This document shows, in pieces, positions 47,531-60,576 of a stretch of 64,000 bases of DNA (its first letter is position 1; each line of letters starts with the position of its first letter). The stretch is from Parcubacteria group bacterium. Its GTDB lineage: Bacteria > Patescibacteriota > Minisyncoccia > Phycocordibacterales > 21-14-all-47-15. Below the pieces are notes generated by a model. It worked only from the letters and a program-made list of their open reading frames with translations. It was not told where the DNA came from and did not search any database. Both the position numbers and the translations under genes were made by a program. The stretch is taken from the NCBI GenBank assembly GCA_016181845.1, contig JACOYO010000005.1, positions 2,845 through 66,844 on the forward strand, given 5' to 3'.

Positions 47531-50500
47531 TTAGATTGAATAGGTATGTGTTACAGAATCCATGTTTGATGTTGGCAACCCCGGTACCAAGTATCCGTTT
47601 GTCCAATCGAAGTCCGTAATCAATTCTGATGACGTCGTTGAGATTGGTGACCAGATAAAGTCGTCATTGATATCGTTGTCAACACCAGTTGCGCCAAGTT
47701 CTGTACCCGCAACATCCATCAAAGTTGTCGGCACTGCCGCATCTCCTTCTAGCTGAACAGTGATTTGCTCTGAACCGGTAGTCGTCCGCAAGTTGCCAAC
47801 GGTTGCTTTCAATTCAAAGTATCGTGTTGCGCCAGATGGGACTTTGTATGTCGTCGTGGCTGAAGCCTTGTCTGGATAGATCTCAACGATAGTTGGGCGC
47901 TTTGCATCTGATGAATCGTCGGCATTTGCACCGAGACCATTGATGTATTTATTTGCGTTAACCAAACCGTCTGAAGAGAATGTCGTATCCGGACTTGAGA
48001 ATCCAGAATCAGTGAAGGCGTAGAGACCGTAGGCTGAAGTGGTCGCTGATACGGATGATGAGCCCATAGTAAATGTCCATTTACCAAGCGCAATGTCTCC
48101 ACTATTAGCGGTTACACTGAAGCGGTACAATCTATAACCTGAACTGTTCTGAAGAGTCTGGCTTGGAGGATTAATCTTCGCAAACGTTGGGTATGCTTTG
48201 AAGATTCGTACTCCTGAAGGAGTTACGTCTCCAGACGTACCCGCAATGTTTGTGCCTCCTGCGACACCGACACCGTAGTTACCGTTTGCAAGACCGTTTG
48301 CTCCACCATCGTAAGCAACAATGAGCAAATCTCCTGATGCCGTCAAAGGACCAGTGACTGCTGATATACCGGAAATCGTACCTTTAATAGTCATTGTCTT
48401 AGACCCGCCCTGTGGAACACGGAATGCTCCTGATGCAATGTCTGATGATGTCGCGTTATCGCCATTGTTTGAGAACGTTGCTGTTCCAACCTGTGTGTTG
48501 CCATTCCACATTGTTACCTGGCTACCAACCAAGTCGATAGCTGTATTTCCTGCAGGGGTTGCGAGCTTGAACGCCACTCTCCTGATATCAATATCTTCAG
48601 ACGTTGCTGTAAATTTGATTTTCAAGAGTGTTGCTTCGGTTCCTGGAGATACGATTGTATATCCCGGTGTTGAATCATCCGCAACTGTGTATGAACCGCC
48701 TGTAGTCATTGTCATTGTCTGTCCGGCGCTGTTGTTTACTGTAATTGCTGAAGCTGAAGTTAAAGCTTGTCCTGACTGTACGCCTGTTGCTGACTGTGAA
48801 GCATCTGCGTTTGCAGAAATACCCCACTGGTACTGGTCAGTCGTTGTTGTTGCTGAAGTGTTGCAGTTCAAAGACAAGGTCTTTACCGTTCCTTTTGGAA
48901 TAACAAATCCATTGTCAAATGTGAAGCTCGTTGAAGATGCTGTCGCTTGCGTCTGTGCCGCTGTTGGGTTTACCAAGTTTGAGCCAGTCTGCAATGCGGT
49001 TGCGCCATCAGAAAGCCCGCAGTTTGTAAGGTTTGATGCTGTTCCAGCTCGCGTATTCAATGCCAATTTTACTGAATTGAAACGAATATCATCGCCTGAT
49101 TGTGACGCGTCAAACTGATACTTTGCGAAGTTGAATGAACCACCAGCAACTGCAGTCTGCGCCAATGGCGTTGAAAGTACGCTGATGGTGACCACCGGCG
49201 CTTTCACCGTCATTGTGTTCATCGTGATTGCAGATGAAGGTGTCGGGGTGATTGAATTACCAGTTGATTGACCTGTTACCGTGCCCCAACCGCTTGGTGT
49301 CGTTGATGCTTGTACAGTGTCATTGCTCGTGTAATCAGTGCTCAATTTACCTTTCAAGGTGTAGAGTCCCTTTCCAACCGGGAAAGTAACCGTATCAGTG
49401 AAGCTAAATGTGCCTGACTGAGTTACTGATGAGGAAGTATTTGCTCCATCAACTGGACCGGCAACAATATTGCCATTTGGACCAACTATGGTGACGTTTG
49501 TAATGTGGGCTACCGTATCTCCTACTGAGTTTGCAGTAAATGTCATGCTCGAAACAGAGATTGGTTCGCCTTTAACATCAACATTGAAACCTCCCAAAAC
49601 TTGGTTTGCTGTGTTGATTGAAATGTTTTGCGCGCCAACGCTTGTTGCCGCTTCTACTGTCAAGCTGCCGTTTGAAACCGTTGCCTGATATGCGTCATAC
49701 CATGGGTTTGTGCTTTCGTGGAACGCACCGTCATCTGATCCTGAAGTATCGGTACCGTTAGGAGGCGTAATTCCATATCCATACGTTTCACCCGTTACGT
49801 ATAGGTCTGTCCTCTTGTAGAGATCAAAGTCTATCGTACGAGCAGAACCGCCCAAGATATCACCTTTGATGTAGATTTCTTTTGAGGCTCCTTTGTCAAC
49901 AACGAGGCCTTCGCCAAATGTTGTTGTGTAGTATTTACCATCTGAAGAGACAACTACATCGTATGATGTTCCGTCAACGTATGTTTTTACATTTCCAATG
50001 TCAGCAGTCGCCGCTGAACCAGACTGATTCCATCTAATTGAATGAACGCGAACTTTTTCTGCTGAACCTGCCGTTACTTTGACTGATGAGAAAGTGTAAC
50101 CTGCTGTTCCAATTTCTTTTGAATTGCTTGCGCCAGGGTCAAGCGGACCTGCTGCCATCGTTACCGTGCCGATTGAAAGCGAGTTGTTTATTGTGTGTCC
50201 CGCGCCGGTGATAGGAAGAGAGCCTGAAACTGTTGCCGAGGTGTTAACCGCTACAACAGAAAGACTTGCAACCTGTCCTGCGTATGAACCCAAACTTGAA
50301 CCCATGTTTCCTGCAATCGTCATCGTGCGAGAGGTTCCCGCCTTTACAACGAAGGCATCTCCTACCGTTGCCTTGTGGTCAGAGTTCAAAGTCTTTTCAA
50401 TACCGAGCTGTGCGCCGTTTTCATCCAAAAGGACGATTCCGGCAAATACTGCGTCATTTGCAAGACCTGTGCGCTCAATCACTACGCTGTTTACTGTCAC

Positions 50501-51166
50501 ATCACCATCAAATCCTGCGGTGAGAGTAACTTTAGTAAACGGAACGCGTGCCGCACTAGCTGGTGCGAGCGATGCCGCTGGCTGGTCTGCCGACACAACC
50601 GACAATCCTGTCCCAGGAACACTTACAACCGGAGTTGAAGGTGTTGACGGGGTTGAAGGAGTTGAAGGTGTCGTTGCAACGCCGCCCATCGTGTTTAATT
50701 TTGCCCGTGTTGAGGCGCCGACAAAGCCGGTACCATTTGAAAGACCAACTGGGGTCAAAATATCTGAAGCGTATTTCTCTTGGAATTTGATAACTGCCGC
50801 TTTGGTCGCTGGACCAAAGAATGAAGTCTCATTTCCCGGAGAACCTACTCCGCTGACCGCGACTTTCGTGTCAGCGCTCATGTTCAACACTTTCTGAAGA
50901 TTCATCACATCGGTTCCTGTAGAACCTACTTTAAGGTTTACCGCGAACGTGTATGAACCAACCGAAGCGCTGCCTCCTGTCATTGTTGAAAGTTGTGCTT
51001 GGAGTGCCGAGATCGTTGCAAGCAAGCTGTTGATTTGAGCGGTAAGCTCTTCAACCGTTGCCGCCTGTGCGGGAACAAATACTGCTCCCATCATCATGAG
51101 CCCCGTTGCAATGCTTGCGAATCCAGCAATCACTTTTGAGAATGAAGATTTTCTAATTTTACTCAT
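47531..51166 (-). CDS. Large secreted surface/S-layer-like protein with N-terminal peptidoglycan-binding domain
   Basis: Signal peptide; EELTAQINSLLATISALQAQL; LKVGS.G.DV.NLQ.VLN...FGPATKAAV.KFQ; T/S/G-rich Ig-like body; hairpins 3' (47420-47530). Confidence 0.8.
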   Translation of the reverse strand: MSKIRKSSFSKVIAGFASIATGLMMMGAVFVPAQAATVEELTAQINSLLATISALQAQLSTMTGGSASVGSYTFAVNLKVGSTGTDVMNLQKVLNMSADTKVAVSGVGSPGNETSFFGPATKAAVIKFQEKYASDILTPVGLSNGTGFVGASTRAKLNTMGGVATTPSTPSTPSTPSTPVVSVPGTGLSVVSADQPAASLAPASAARVPFTKVTLTAGFDGDVTVNSVVIERTGLANDAVFAGIVLLDENGAQLGIEKTLNSDHKATVGDAFVVKAGTSRTMTIAGNMGSSLGSYAGQVASLSVVAVNTSATVSGSLPITGAGHTINNSLSIGTVTMAAGPLDPGASNSKEIGTAGYTFSSVKVTAGSAEKVRVHSIRWNQSGSAATADIGNVKTYVDGTSYDVVVSSDGKYYTTTFGEGLVVDKGASKEIYIKGDILGGSARTIDFDLYKRTDLYVTGETYGYGITPPNGTDTSGSDDGAFHESTNPWYDAYQATVSNGSLTVEAATSVGAQNISINTANQVLGGFNVDVKGEPISVSSMTFTANSVGDTVAHITNVTIVGPNGNIVAGPVDGANTSSSVTQSGTFSFTDTVTFPVGKGLYTLKGKLSTDYTSNDTVQASTTPSGWGTVTGQSTGNSITPTPSSAITMNTMTVKAPVVTISVLSTPLAQTAVAGGSFNFAKYQFDASQSGDDIRFNSVKLALNTRAGTASNLTNCGLSDGATALQTGSNLVNPTAAQTQATASSTSFTFDNGFVIPKGTVKTLSLNCNTSATTTTDQYQWGISANADASQSATGVQSGQALTSASAITVNNSAGQTMTMTTGGSYTVADDSTPGYTIVSPGTEATLLKIKFTATSEDIDIRRVAFKLATPAGNTAIDLVGSQVTMWNGNTQVGTATFSNNGDNATSSDIASGAFRVPQGGSKTMTIKGTISGISAVTGPLTASGDLLIVAYDGGANGLANGNYGVGVAGGTNIAGTSGDVTPSGVRIFKAYPTFAKINPPSQTLQNSSGYRLYRFSVTANSGDIALGKWTFTMGSSSVSATTSAYGLYAFTDSGFSSPDTTFSSDGLVNANKYINGLGANADDSSDAKRPTIVEIYPDKASATTTYKVPSGATRYFELKATVGNLRTTTGSEQITVQLEGDAAVPTTLMDVAGTELGATGVDNDINDDFIWSPISTTSSELITDFDWTNGYLVPGLPTSNMDSVTHTYSI

Positions 51167-51779
51167 AATTTATTTAATTACTAATGAATCCATAATTTTG
51201 CGAATGTTCATCTATGAAACACCTTGCAAAAAAATGGCTTGGCGTACTTATTTTTTATTGTTAATTTTTATTGTTAATTTAATAAAAATAATAAAAAATA
51301 GTGCGCCGCTTTTATTATTGTATCGTTTCGTATCATCTTGATACAAAACGCGTCCGACCAGTTACCTATTAAAAATATTCAACCGTTCGTGTCCCCGCTT
51401 TGACCCGCCCCAAACAAATACGACGAAGCAAGGTGGACAAACGAACAAATTGAAAAATCTTTCGCTAATTTGCTAATAAAGGTTCCTCGTGGCAAGCCCC
51501 CGAGGTATTAACCTATATTTCGTCTTCGCTCGTACGAAATGAGAATTGCGATTCTCATTTCGCTCCTCGCTAGCCGAAATAATTTTTTTAACGTTGTCTG
51601 TTTTTGTTGTCTAATTTATTTTGTTTTCAAGGTTCCCACCGCTATGCAAAATACTCAAAAATTTCTTGCGTCATTCTAACCTTAAATCCACTAATCTGAA
51701 AAATCCGCAAAAAACTTTTTGCCGTCATTATCAATTATATGCTGAATTTAATAACCTGCAAAATATTTAATGTGGATAA
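51167..51779 (-). promoter_or_regulatory. Long structured leader and promoter of the surface-protein gene
   Basis: DnaA box 51771-51779; TATAAT at 51739-51734; hairpins at ~51377-51453, 51480-51513, 51519-51582. Confidence 0.5.
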
Positions 51780-51923
51780 CTTTCTATATCATTTCGGAAC
51801 CGCCTATTTACTTTTATCCCTTGAATTTCGCGACAAAAACACATCTTTTTGCATACTTTTATACATTTCTCTAGTTATACAACACTATACTATGCAGGCA
51901 AAAAGGTCAATATATACATATAT

Positions 51924-52073
51924 TAGACGCCCGATAAATGATAAAGCATTGGCATTGACCACTTAAACGTCCGACCTCTGCAGTGGTAAAACATCGGCAT
52001 TGGCCATAAATAAAGGAATTACCACATCAGATGTCGGACGTCTCGTTACCACATCAGAGGTCGGACGTCTTAA
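51924..52073. repeat. Family C composite element, copy 2
   Basis: ACGTCCGACCTCTG..TGGTAAAA.ATCG.CATTGGCC..AATTACCACATCAGA.GTCGGACGTCT shared with 20168-20316. Confidence 0.85.
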
Positions 52074-52885
52074 GAGACTAAAGAATACCTGCTCCACCGC
52101 CGTTCTCCGTTTTTTTTTAAGATTCCTTTCTGCACCAGATAAATCAAGTCGCGCTGTAATGTTTTCTCACTGCACCCACTAATACGGTTAGATATGTCTT
52201 TAATATTCACATCACTATTTGTGTCTTTTATAAGCTGTACGATTGTTTCTTTCCTTTCTTCTTGAATGACATTTTCTTTTGTTTGTGTATCAAGCGCTTT
52301 TTCAACTTTTTCTGTGCCCTGTTTTTTTATTGCAATGAACCCACGATTTTCATTATTTAATAATTTTTTTTCTGCTTGTCCTTTATCAATAGTATGTCTT
52401 TTATCATGTCCTTTAGATTTAACTGTCCCGAAATTGTCGATAGACAACATATTATCTTTTTCAAAAAAATGATTACCAAATACAACTTCTGTCCCGGAGT
52501 AGCAAAAATAATCACGGCGAGATTCAAGAAATGAACTTAGATTTAGATATTCTTTTTGAAGAATGTTTGCATTCATTTCAGAAACAACACCGCTCGTTCT
52601 GGCAATTCGCAAAAAAGCATTAGTCTCCTCTATGTTTGTTAATACCATTAAAAAGACATTTTCTTTGGCGTCTTTCTTGATGGGGGCCGTACAAGAAAAT
52701 ATATCGGACAAAATTATCAGTCCTTTATTTCGTAATAATGTCTTTAACGGTTCTGATGGCGGGATGAGGTCAGAGACAAGATAAAGCGCGGAGGTTAAAC
52801 GCTCCGCCATTTTTACCGCAAAATCAATAACATCCTTGCTTGAATCGCGGTATGACACTATGTCTTTTATATTTTTTGCAAACAT
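52070..52885 (-). CDS. Helical-bundle protein with C-terminal DeoR-like winged HTH
   Basis: AERLTSALYLVSD; IKDI....CSEKTLQRDL..LV.KG.L...GERRWSRY. Confidence 0.8.
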   Translation of the reverse strand: MFAKNIKDIVSYRDSSKDVIDFAVKMAERLTSALYLVSDLIPPSEPLKTLLRNKGLIILSDIFSCTAPIKKDAKENVFLMVLTNIEETNAFLRIARTSGVVSEMNANILQKEYLNLSSFLESRRDYFCYSGTEVVFGNHFFEKDNMLSIDNFGTVKSKGHDKRHTIDKGQAEKKLLNNENRGFIAIKKQGTEKVEKALDTQTKENVIQEERKETIVQLIKDTNSDVNIKDISNRISGCSEKTLQRDLIYLVQKGILKKNGERRWSRYSLVS

Positions 52886-53118
52886 ATTTTATTGTGTCCT
52901 TTATTTTTGTCTTTAATAAATTTTTGTGAATTGAAATATTTATGGGAGTAATTTTCGTATACATGTCCATTATATATAAGGCACTCTAAAATAAAAGTCT
53001 TTTTGAGCAACATGAAATAACAAAGTAACGCTGTAAAGAGCCGCGTCCTGATATTTTTTGTTTCCACAAGAAATGTCGGTTTCTTTATGTTATGATGGGG
53101 TATATTTTGATAGAAAAT

Positions 53119-55362
53119 ATGGCAAAGAAAAAACCTGAACATCCGATAAAAATAAATTTTTTAAATACCTTAAAAGAGGAGACGAGGCGCAGTATGCTTG
53201 CCATTTTATTTTTTGCCATGGCTTTTCTTTTTCTGCTTGCGTATTTCAACGGCGCTGGTCCGGTGGGAGAATTTATCTACGCCACGCTGGGAGGATTTCT
53301 TGGTATCGGCTTTTCTCTTCTGCCGATTTTATTTTTTCTTTTGGGAGTCTCTGTTGTCAGAGCGTCCACATCGGATATTGCGGCGCCCATCACGGTTGGT
53401 TCTCTTTTGTTTATTGTCTCGGGATTGGGGCTGGCTGGCATGATAGCGCCGGGGGCAGGCGGGGGCATCGGCGACGCGATAGCCAACACGCTCATTTCTT
53501 TTTTTGATATATACGCCACGGCAATTATTTTGGGAACCATCGCCGCCATTTCCATATTTCTGATTTTTGATACTACCCCGCCGCTATCTCTTTTGTTATT
53601 TTGGAAAAGAAAAAATAAAGATGAAGATACAGCGATTCTGGTAAACGGAAATCAATTGGGAGAAGAAGCAGAACTTTCAGAAGAAGAGGCGGCTACCGAT
53701 GATATGGTCAGCCAGAAAACAGAAAGTGGAAGTGAAACTAAAGAAACCGACAATACAGACGCCATGCGAATCATCGCCCCTCTTTCCAAACAATCTTCAA
53801 AAAATGGAGGCGAGCTTGCATTTGCGGTTCAAATGAAGCGTGGATCTTCTCCATATTCCCCGCCCCCGCTTTCCATTCTTGAATACGACCGCGGGAAACC
53901 TGGCGTCGGCGATATTAAAGCAAACGCGAATATCATCAAGCGCTCGCTCCAGAATTTCGGCATTACGATTGAAATGGATGAAATTTCTATTGGACCATCA
54001 GTTACCAGATACGCGTTCAAGCCGGCAGAGGGGGTGAAACTCTCGCGTATTGTCGGTCTGCAAAACGATATCGCTCTGGCTCTTGCCGCGCACCCGCTTC
54101 GTATTGAAGCTCCGATTCCAGGGAAGTCTCTCGTCGGTATTGAGATTCCAAACAGCATTAAAACGACCGTCGGTCTCGCCACTCTCCTTTCCGCAAAAGA
54201 ATTTACCGAAAGGTCAAACCATCTCCTGTTTTCTCTCGGCAAGGATATTTCCGGAAAAGCGCATTTTGCCGATTTGGGCAAAATGCCGCATCTCTTGGTC
54301 GCCGGCACCACCGGCTCCGGAAAATCGGTTATGATTCACACGATTATCACCTCTCTTTTGTATAGAAACTCACCGGAAATTTTGAAATTCATCATGATTG
54401 ACCCCAAGCGCGTAGAATTAACGCTCTACAATTCCATTCCGCATCTCTTGACTCCTGTCGTTACCGACCCTAAAAAAGCGATTCTCGCGCTCAAATGGGC
54501 GACTAAAGAAATGGAGCGGCGATATGATATTTTGGAAACGGAAGCCGTGCGCGACATAGACTCATACCACAATACGGTCTTGAAACCGGCGCTTGAGAAA
54601 TTAAAAAATCAAAAAACAGAAGAGATTGACGAAGGGGAACTCCCGGAAACAATGCCGTATATAGTCATTATCATTGATGAACTCGCCGATATCATGACTT
54701 CGTACCCGAGAGAGCTTGAGTCGTCTATCGTGCGCCTTGCCCAAATGAGCCGCGCGGTGGGGATTCACCTGGTTCTTTCAACACAGCGGCCGTCGGTTGA
54801 TGTTATTACTGGCTTGATTAAAGCAAACATACCGGCAAGAATCGCACTGCAAGTGTCGTCGCAGATAGATTCCCGCACCATTCTTGATACAAGCGGCGCA
54901 GAAAAACTTTTGGGTTCCGGCGATATGCTTTTCCTTTCCGGAGAAATGTCAAAACCGAGGCGGCTCCAGTCAGCATTCATTTCTGAACAAGAGGTGAAAA
55001 AAGTGACGCAATATATAAAACAGCACGCGCGGGGTGAGGTAGCGGACGACATCAATCTCACCGCGGGGACAATGCATAGCCCGGCTTCTATTTTTGACGC
55101 GCTGGAAGATACTTCAGAAAATGGCGATGATGATGATTTGTATGAGGAAGCGCGAGAAATAGTGGTTCACGCCGGCAAGGCATCAACATCGTATCTTCAA
55201 CGAAAACTTAAGGTGGGGTATGCGCGCGCGGCGCGCCTCATGGATATGCTTGAGGAACGCGGCATTGTTGGACCAGCCGATGGCGCGAAAGCGCGCGAGG
55301 TGCTCGCCTCTCATACTGATAGCGGTTATGGCGCCGATGAAGAAGAGGGCTCCTCTGCTTAA
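53119..55362 (+). CDS. ftsK: DNA translocase FtsK
   Basis: N-terminal TMs; GTTGSGKS; IIDELAD; TQRPS; gamma domain LQRKL.VGY.RAAR. Confidence 0.97.
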   Translation: MAKKKPEHPIKINFLNTLKEETRRSMLAILFFAMAFLFLLAYFNGAGPVGEFIYATLGGFLGIGFSLLPILFFLLGVSVVRASTSDIAAPITVGSLLFIVSGLGLAGMIAPGAGGGIGDAIANTLISFFDIYATAIILGTIAAISIFLIFDTTPPLSLLLFWKRKNKDEDTAILVNGNQLGEEAELSEEEAATDDMVSQKTESGSETKETDNTDAMRIIAPLSKQSSKNGGELAFAVQMKRGSSPYSPPPLSILEYDRGKPGVGDIKANANIIKRSLQNFGITIEMDEISIGPSVTRYAFKPAEGVKLSRIVGLQNDIALALAAHPLRIEAPIPGKSLVGIEIPNSIKTTVGLATLLSAKEFTERSNHLLFSLGKDISGKAHFADLGKMPHLLVAGTTGSGKSVMIHTIITSLLYRNSPEILKFIMIDPKRVELTLYNSIPHLLTPVVTDPKKAILALKWATKEMERRYDILETEAVRDIDSYHNTVLKPALEKLKNQKTEEIDEGELPETMPYIVIIIDELADIMTSYPRELESSIVRLAQMSRAVGIHLVLSTQRPSVDVITGLIKANIPARIALQVSSQIDSRTILDTSGAEKLLGSGDMLFLSGEMSKPRRLQSAFISEQEVKKVTQYIKQHARGEVADDINLTAGTMHSPASIFDALEDTSENGDDDDLYEEAREIVVHAGKASTSYLQRKLKVGYARAARLMDMLEERGIVGPADGAKAREVLASHTDSGYGADEEEGSSA

Positions 55363-55394
55363 AACAAAAAATTTTATCCCATATATACGCTGTT

Positions 55395-55748
55395 ATGCCA
55401 TACGCGCAAAATACACGAACAATGCTATACATAATGCTTACAACCGTTTGTGCTATAATAATCTTTGCCTATGCGTACTATCAGATGCGTGATTTTTTAA
55501 CCGGTCCTGTAATCGCCATAGCCACGCCACAAAATGGCGAAACATCGCGCACTGAGTTTGTCACCGTATCTGGGAACGCACAGCGCATTTCAGGCATCAC
55601 ATTGAATGACCGCAAAATTTTTACCGACACGAACGGGCTATTTTCAGAAATGGTAGTGTTATCACCCGGATACAATGAAATTGAAATTTCCGTGAAAGAC
55701 CGATTTAATAGAGAAAAAACGGCATTATTAGAAGTAGTTTACCGTTAA
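55395..55748 (+). CDS. Small membrane-anchored Ig-like protein
   Basis: TM then GP.I.I.TP.NG; L.PGYN.I.I...DR. Confidence 0.7.
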   Translation: MPYAQNTRTMLYIMLTTVCAIIIFAYAYYQMRDFLTGPVIAIATPQNGETSRTEFVTVSGNAQRISGITLNDRKIFTDTNGLFSEMVVLSPGYNEIEISVKDRFNREKTALLEVVYR

Positions 55749-55761
55749 AAAGTTAATAGAC

Positions 55762-56772
55762 ATGAAAAGTAAAACAACAGAGACAAAAGACATTCGCGCA
55801 ACGAGCGTTGACGAAACGCTTCGCGCCATCCGCACCAAATTTGGCGAAGACGCGATTATGAAATTGGGCGACAAGCCAAAAGTAAACATCGGAGCAATTC
55901 CCACCGGCTCTATTTCTCTTGATTACGCGCTCGGTGTCGGCGGACTCCCCCGCGGACGCATCATTGAAATTTTCGGTCCTGAATCATCTGGGAAAACCAC
56001 GCTCACATTGCATGTCATCGCGGAAGCGCAAAAAAAAGGCGGTGTCTGCGCGTTTATAGACGCGGAGCACGCCATGGACCCAGAATACGCAAAAAAATTG
56101 GGTGTTAATACAAACGAGCTTCTTATTTCACAACCCGACACCGGAGAGCAGGCGCTTGAAATCACCGAATCGCTCGTTCGTTCCGGCAAAATTGATGTTA
56201 TTGTCATAGACTCTGTTGCGGCCCTTACTCCAAAAGACGAGATTGAGGGAGAAATGGGAGCGCATCATGTGGGCAAGCAAGCGCGGCTCATGTCGCAGGC
56301 GCTCCGCAAGCTCACCGCCATAGTCGACCGAAGTAAAACGATTGTCATTTTCATCAATCAAATCCGCATGCAAATCGGCGTCATGTTCGGCAATCCGGAA
56401 ACGACCCCCGGAGGGAAAGCGCTAAAGTTTTATACTTCTGTGCGCATTGATATCCGCCGCACAGCGCAAATTAAAAAAGGCGACGAGGTTGTTGGCAATC
56501 GCGCGCGCGCAAAAGTGGTAAAAAACAAAGTCGCCGCTCCGTTCAAATCAGGAGAGTTTGACATAATGTACGGCGAAGGTATCTCACGCGAAGGAGAGCT
56601 ACTGGCACTTGGAGAAAAATACGGAATCGTAAACAAATCCGGTTCATCGTACTCGTATGGCGATATAAAATTAGGCCGCGGCTATGATGCCTCGCGACAA
56701 TTCTTGAAAGAAAACACAAAAATCTCAAACGAGCTTGAAAAACAGATTCGCGGAAAATTGGTGGAACAGTAG
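55762..56772 (+). CDS. recA: Recombinase A
   Basis: GPESSGKTT; IDAEHA; [10 protein letters not shown]; [11 protein letters not shown]. Confidence 0.99.
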   Translation: MKSKTTETKDIRATSVDETLRAIRTKFGEDAIMKLGDKPKVNIGAIPTGSISLDYALGVGGLPRGRIIEIFGPESSGKTTLTLHVIAEAQKKGGVCAFIDAEHAMDPEYAKKLGVNTNELLISQPDTGEQALEITESLVRSGKIDVIVIDSVAALTPKDEIEGEMGAHHVGKQARLMSQALRKLTAIVDRSKTIVIFINQIRMQIGVMFGNPETTPGGKALKFYTSVRIDIRRTAQIKKGDEVVGNRARAKVVKNKVAAPFKSGEFDIMYGEGISREGELLALGEKYGIVNKSGSSYSYGDIKLGRGYDASRQFLKENTKISNELEKQIRGKLVEQ

Positions 56773-56779
56773 AAAACTC

Positions 56780-58795
<2,016 letters not shown>

Positions 58796-59239
58796 TTAAT
58801 ATGTTACCCGCAATGCCCGCTCTACTCGCCGCGGGTCATCAAGATTGCACGTGTTGTGTCCGCGCGATGTCACTACAATTTGCGACGGCGCGGTTTTATC
58901 AACCGTCACCTCAGCGCACGCGCCATTGGACAGCGGCAAAGAAAACGTGCTGATGTCTCCGCCTCCGACAAGCATATTGGTGTTCGCGCAAGTGATTGCG
59001 TGTGTCGTAGAAGTTGAAAACGCTTTCCCCTGAATATCCCAGTAGAGTGCGCATTCAGTCCCCGCGTCTGCGGCATAAAAAGCCAATTGGGAATCACGCA
59101 CTGACGAAGAGATGATGAGTTCTTTCAGCGTAATGGCGTGCAAACCGATACCGATGGATAACACGATGCTTGCCACGAGCACGGCATAGAGCAATACAAA
59201 TCCGTTATTATTGGTTGATGGCAATTTTATATATTTCAT
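58796..59239 (-). CDS. PilX-like minor pilin
   Basis: GFVLLYAV...S.LAFYAADAG.ECA. Confidence 0.8.
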   Translation of the reverse strand: MKYIKLPSTNNNGFVLLYAVLVASIVLSIGIGLHAITLKELIISSSVRDSQLAFYAADAGTECALYWDIQGKAFSTSTTHAITCANTNMLVGGGDISTFSLPLSNGACAEVTVDKTAPSQIVVTSRGHNTCNLDDPRRVERALRVTY

Positions 59240-59266
59240 GTTTTGGATTTCTCAAGTATTGAGTTT

Positions 59267-59803
59267 TTATTTGTGCCAATTAAACAAGGTTTCTTCCAGC
59301 GTCAGCGTTCTGGCGGCTAGCGCGCCGCGTTTCCAAGCGACAGTTGAAGACACGATGACCTCTTCCCCGGGCACCACCTGCGTGACCGTAATAGTCCTGG
59401 TAAAATTGGTTCCGCTCCAGGATGCATCATATCCGTATACACCGGTAGCGCTGTCGTAGCGAACGATTGGGCACGCGCCGGAACAGGCGCTTATCGTATT
59501 GTCCGGCGAATCAACAAAACACGAGTTTGAAAGACAGGCATCTATTCCAACAAGCCAGTCAACACGAGAAAGAGCGTTTGAATCCCGCAGATTACGAATG
59601 TATTCCAATCCTTCTTGCGCTAGAAAAAACGCCGTTGCCTGATCGCGGGCATATGTCGCAAGCGCTATTCCATTTGCGGCAATGGTCATAGGCCCCAATA
59701 TTGCCGTTACCAGAATAGTAATGGCAACAAGCGACTCTATGAGCGTGAAGCCGCGTTGAATTGTGCAATTATTATTTCTTTTTTTTAATTTTATTTGAAA
59801 CAT
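59267..59803 (-). CDS. Minor type IV pilin (PilV-like)
   Basis: RG|FTLIE; A.FLAQEG.E.IRN.RD. Confidence 0.85.
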   Translation of the reverse strand: MFQIKLKKRNNNCTIQRGFTLIESLVAITILVTAILGPMTIAANGIALATYARDQATAFFLAQEGLEYIRNLRDSNALSRVDWLVGIDACLSNSCFVDSPDNTISACSGACPIVRYDSATGVYGYDASWSGTNFTRTITVTQVVPGEEVIVSSTVAWKRGALAARTLTLEETLFNWHK

Positions 59804-59811
59804 ATTCTTGA

Positions 59812-59895
59812 TTAGCTTATTAGCTTGTTAGGTTTTAGCTTTTTAGGAATTCCACTGTCACATAAAAAGCTAACAAGCTAAAACCTAAGAAGCTC
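59812..59895. repeat. Family F palindromic spacer (TAGCTTGTTAGGTTTTAGCT...AGCTAACAAGCTAAAACCTAA), copy 1
   Basis: Homolog at 60497-60576. Confidence 0.75.
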
Positions 59896-59898
59896 CGC

Positions 59899-60492
59899 CT
59901 ATGAATCAATCAATCGCTCCGACACCGTAGTCTGCAAATGAAATTCTGATACCAGTCCCTTGCCTGCTTCTGCCGTGCCGCCGACAAGCAATAATATTTT
60001 CGGTTGTTTCCCGTCTAACGCGGGCGCACCGCTCACATAAAACTTCAGCGTGGAAATCGTAATATCTGGAGAAGTCATGCCGAGAAAGGTGTCTCCGGAA
60101 TCGGTTGATTTTTGTATCTGACCGTTTATCAGACGAAACACGATTTGGTCGTTACTATTCGCGCTTGAGCCGCTTGCTCCCTCAAAAGCAATGTAATCAG
60201 AACCGGTAACCGAACAATCTTGCGCTGAAGTAATGTCTCCGGTATCTCCACAATGATAGACACTGCCGGTACGCAAGGTGCGTGAAATATTCTCCAGCGC
60301 AAAATTTAGATTGTCCATAAGCGCGCGCATTGACTGGATTTTCCGGTTTGAGTCGTTGATACTGATGAGCGCGCCTATGGTAATGAGAACCACTACGGTA
60401 AATACTGAAATAGAAACCATTATTTCAATGAGCGTAAAACCGCGTTTTGTTCTGCATATGTTATTTCTTTGGTTTAATTTTATTTGAAACAT
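59899..60492 (-). CDS. Minor type IV pilin (PilW-like)
   Basis: RG|FTLIE; N.NFALE.I.R.LRTG. Confidence 0.85.
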   Translation of the reverse strand: MFQIKLNQRNNICRTKRGFTLIEIMVSISVFTVVVLITIGALISINDSNRKIQSMRALMDNLNFALENISRTLRTGSVYHCGDTGDITSAQDCSVTGSDYIAFEGASGSSANSNDQIVFRLINGQIQKSTDSGDTFLGMTSPDITISTLKFYVSGAPALDGKQPKILLLVGGTAEAGKGLVSEFHLQTTVSERLIDS

Positions 60493-60496
60493 ACAT

Positions 60497-60576
60497 TTAG
60501 CTTGCTAGCTTCTTGGGTTTTAGCTTGTTAGGAACGTGGTTTTACTAACCTAAAAACCTAACAAGCTAAAAAGCTG
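60497..60576. repeat. Family F palindromic spacer, copy 2
   Basis: TAGCTTCTTGGGTTTTAGCTTGTTAGG...CCTAACAAGCTAAAA. Confidence 0.75.
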
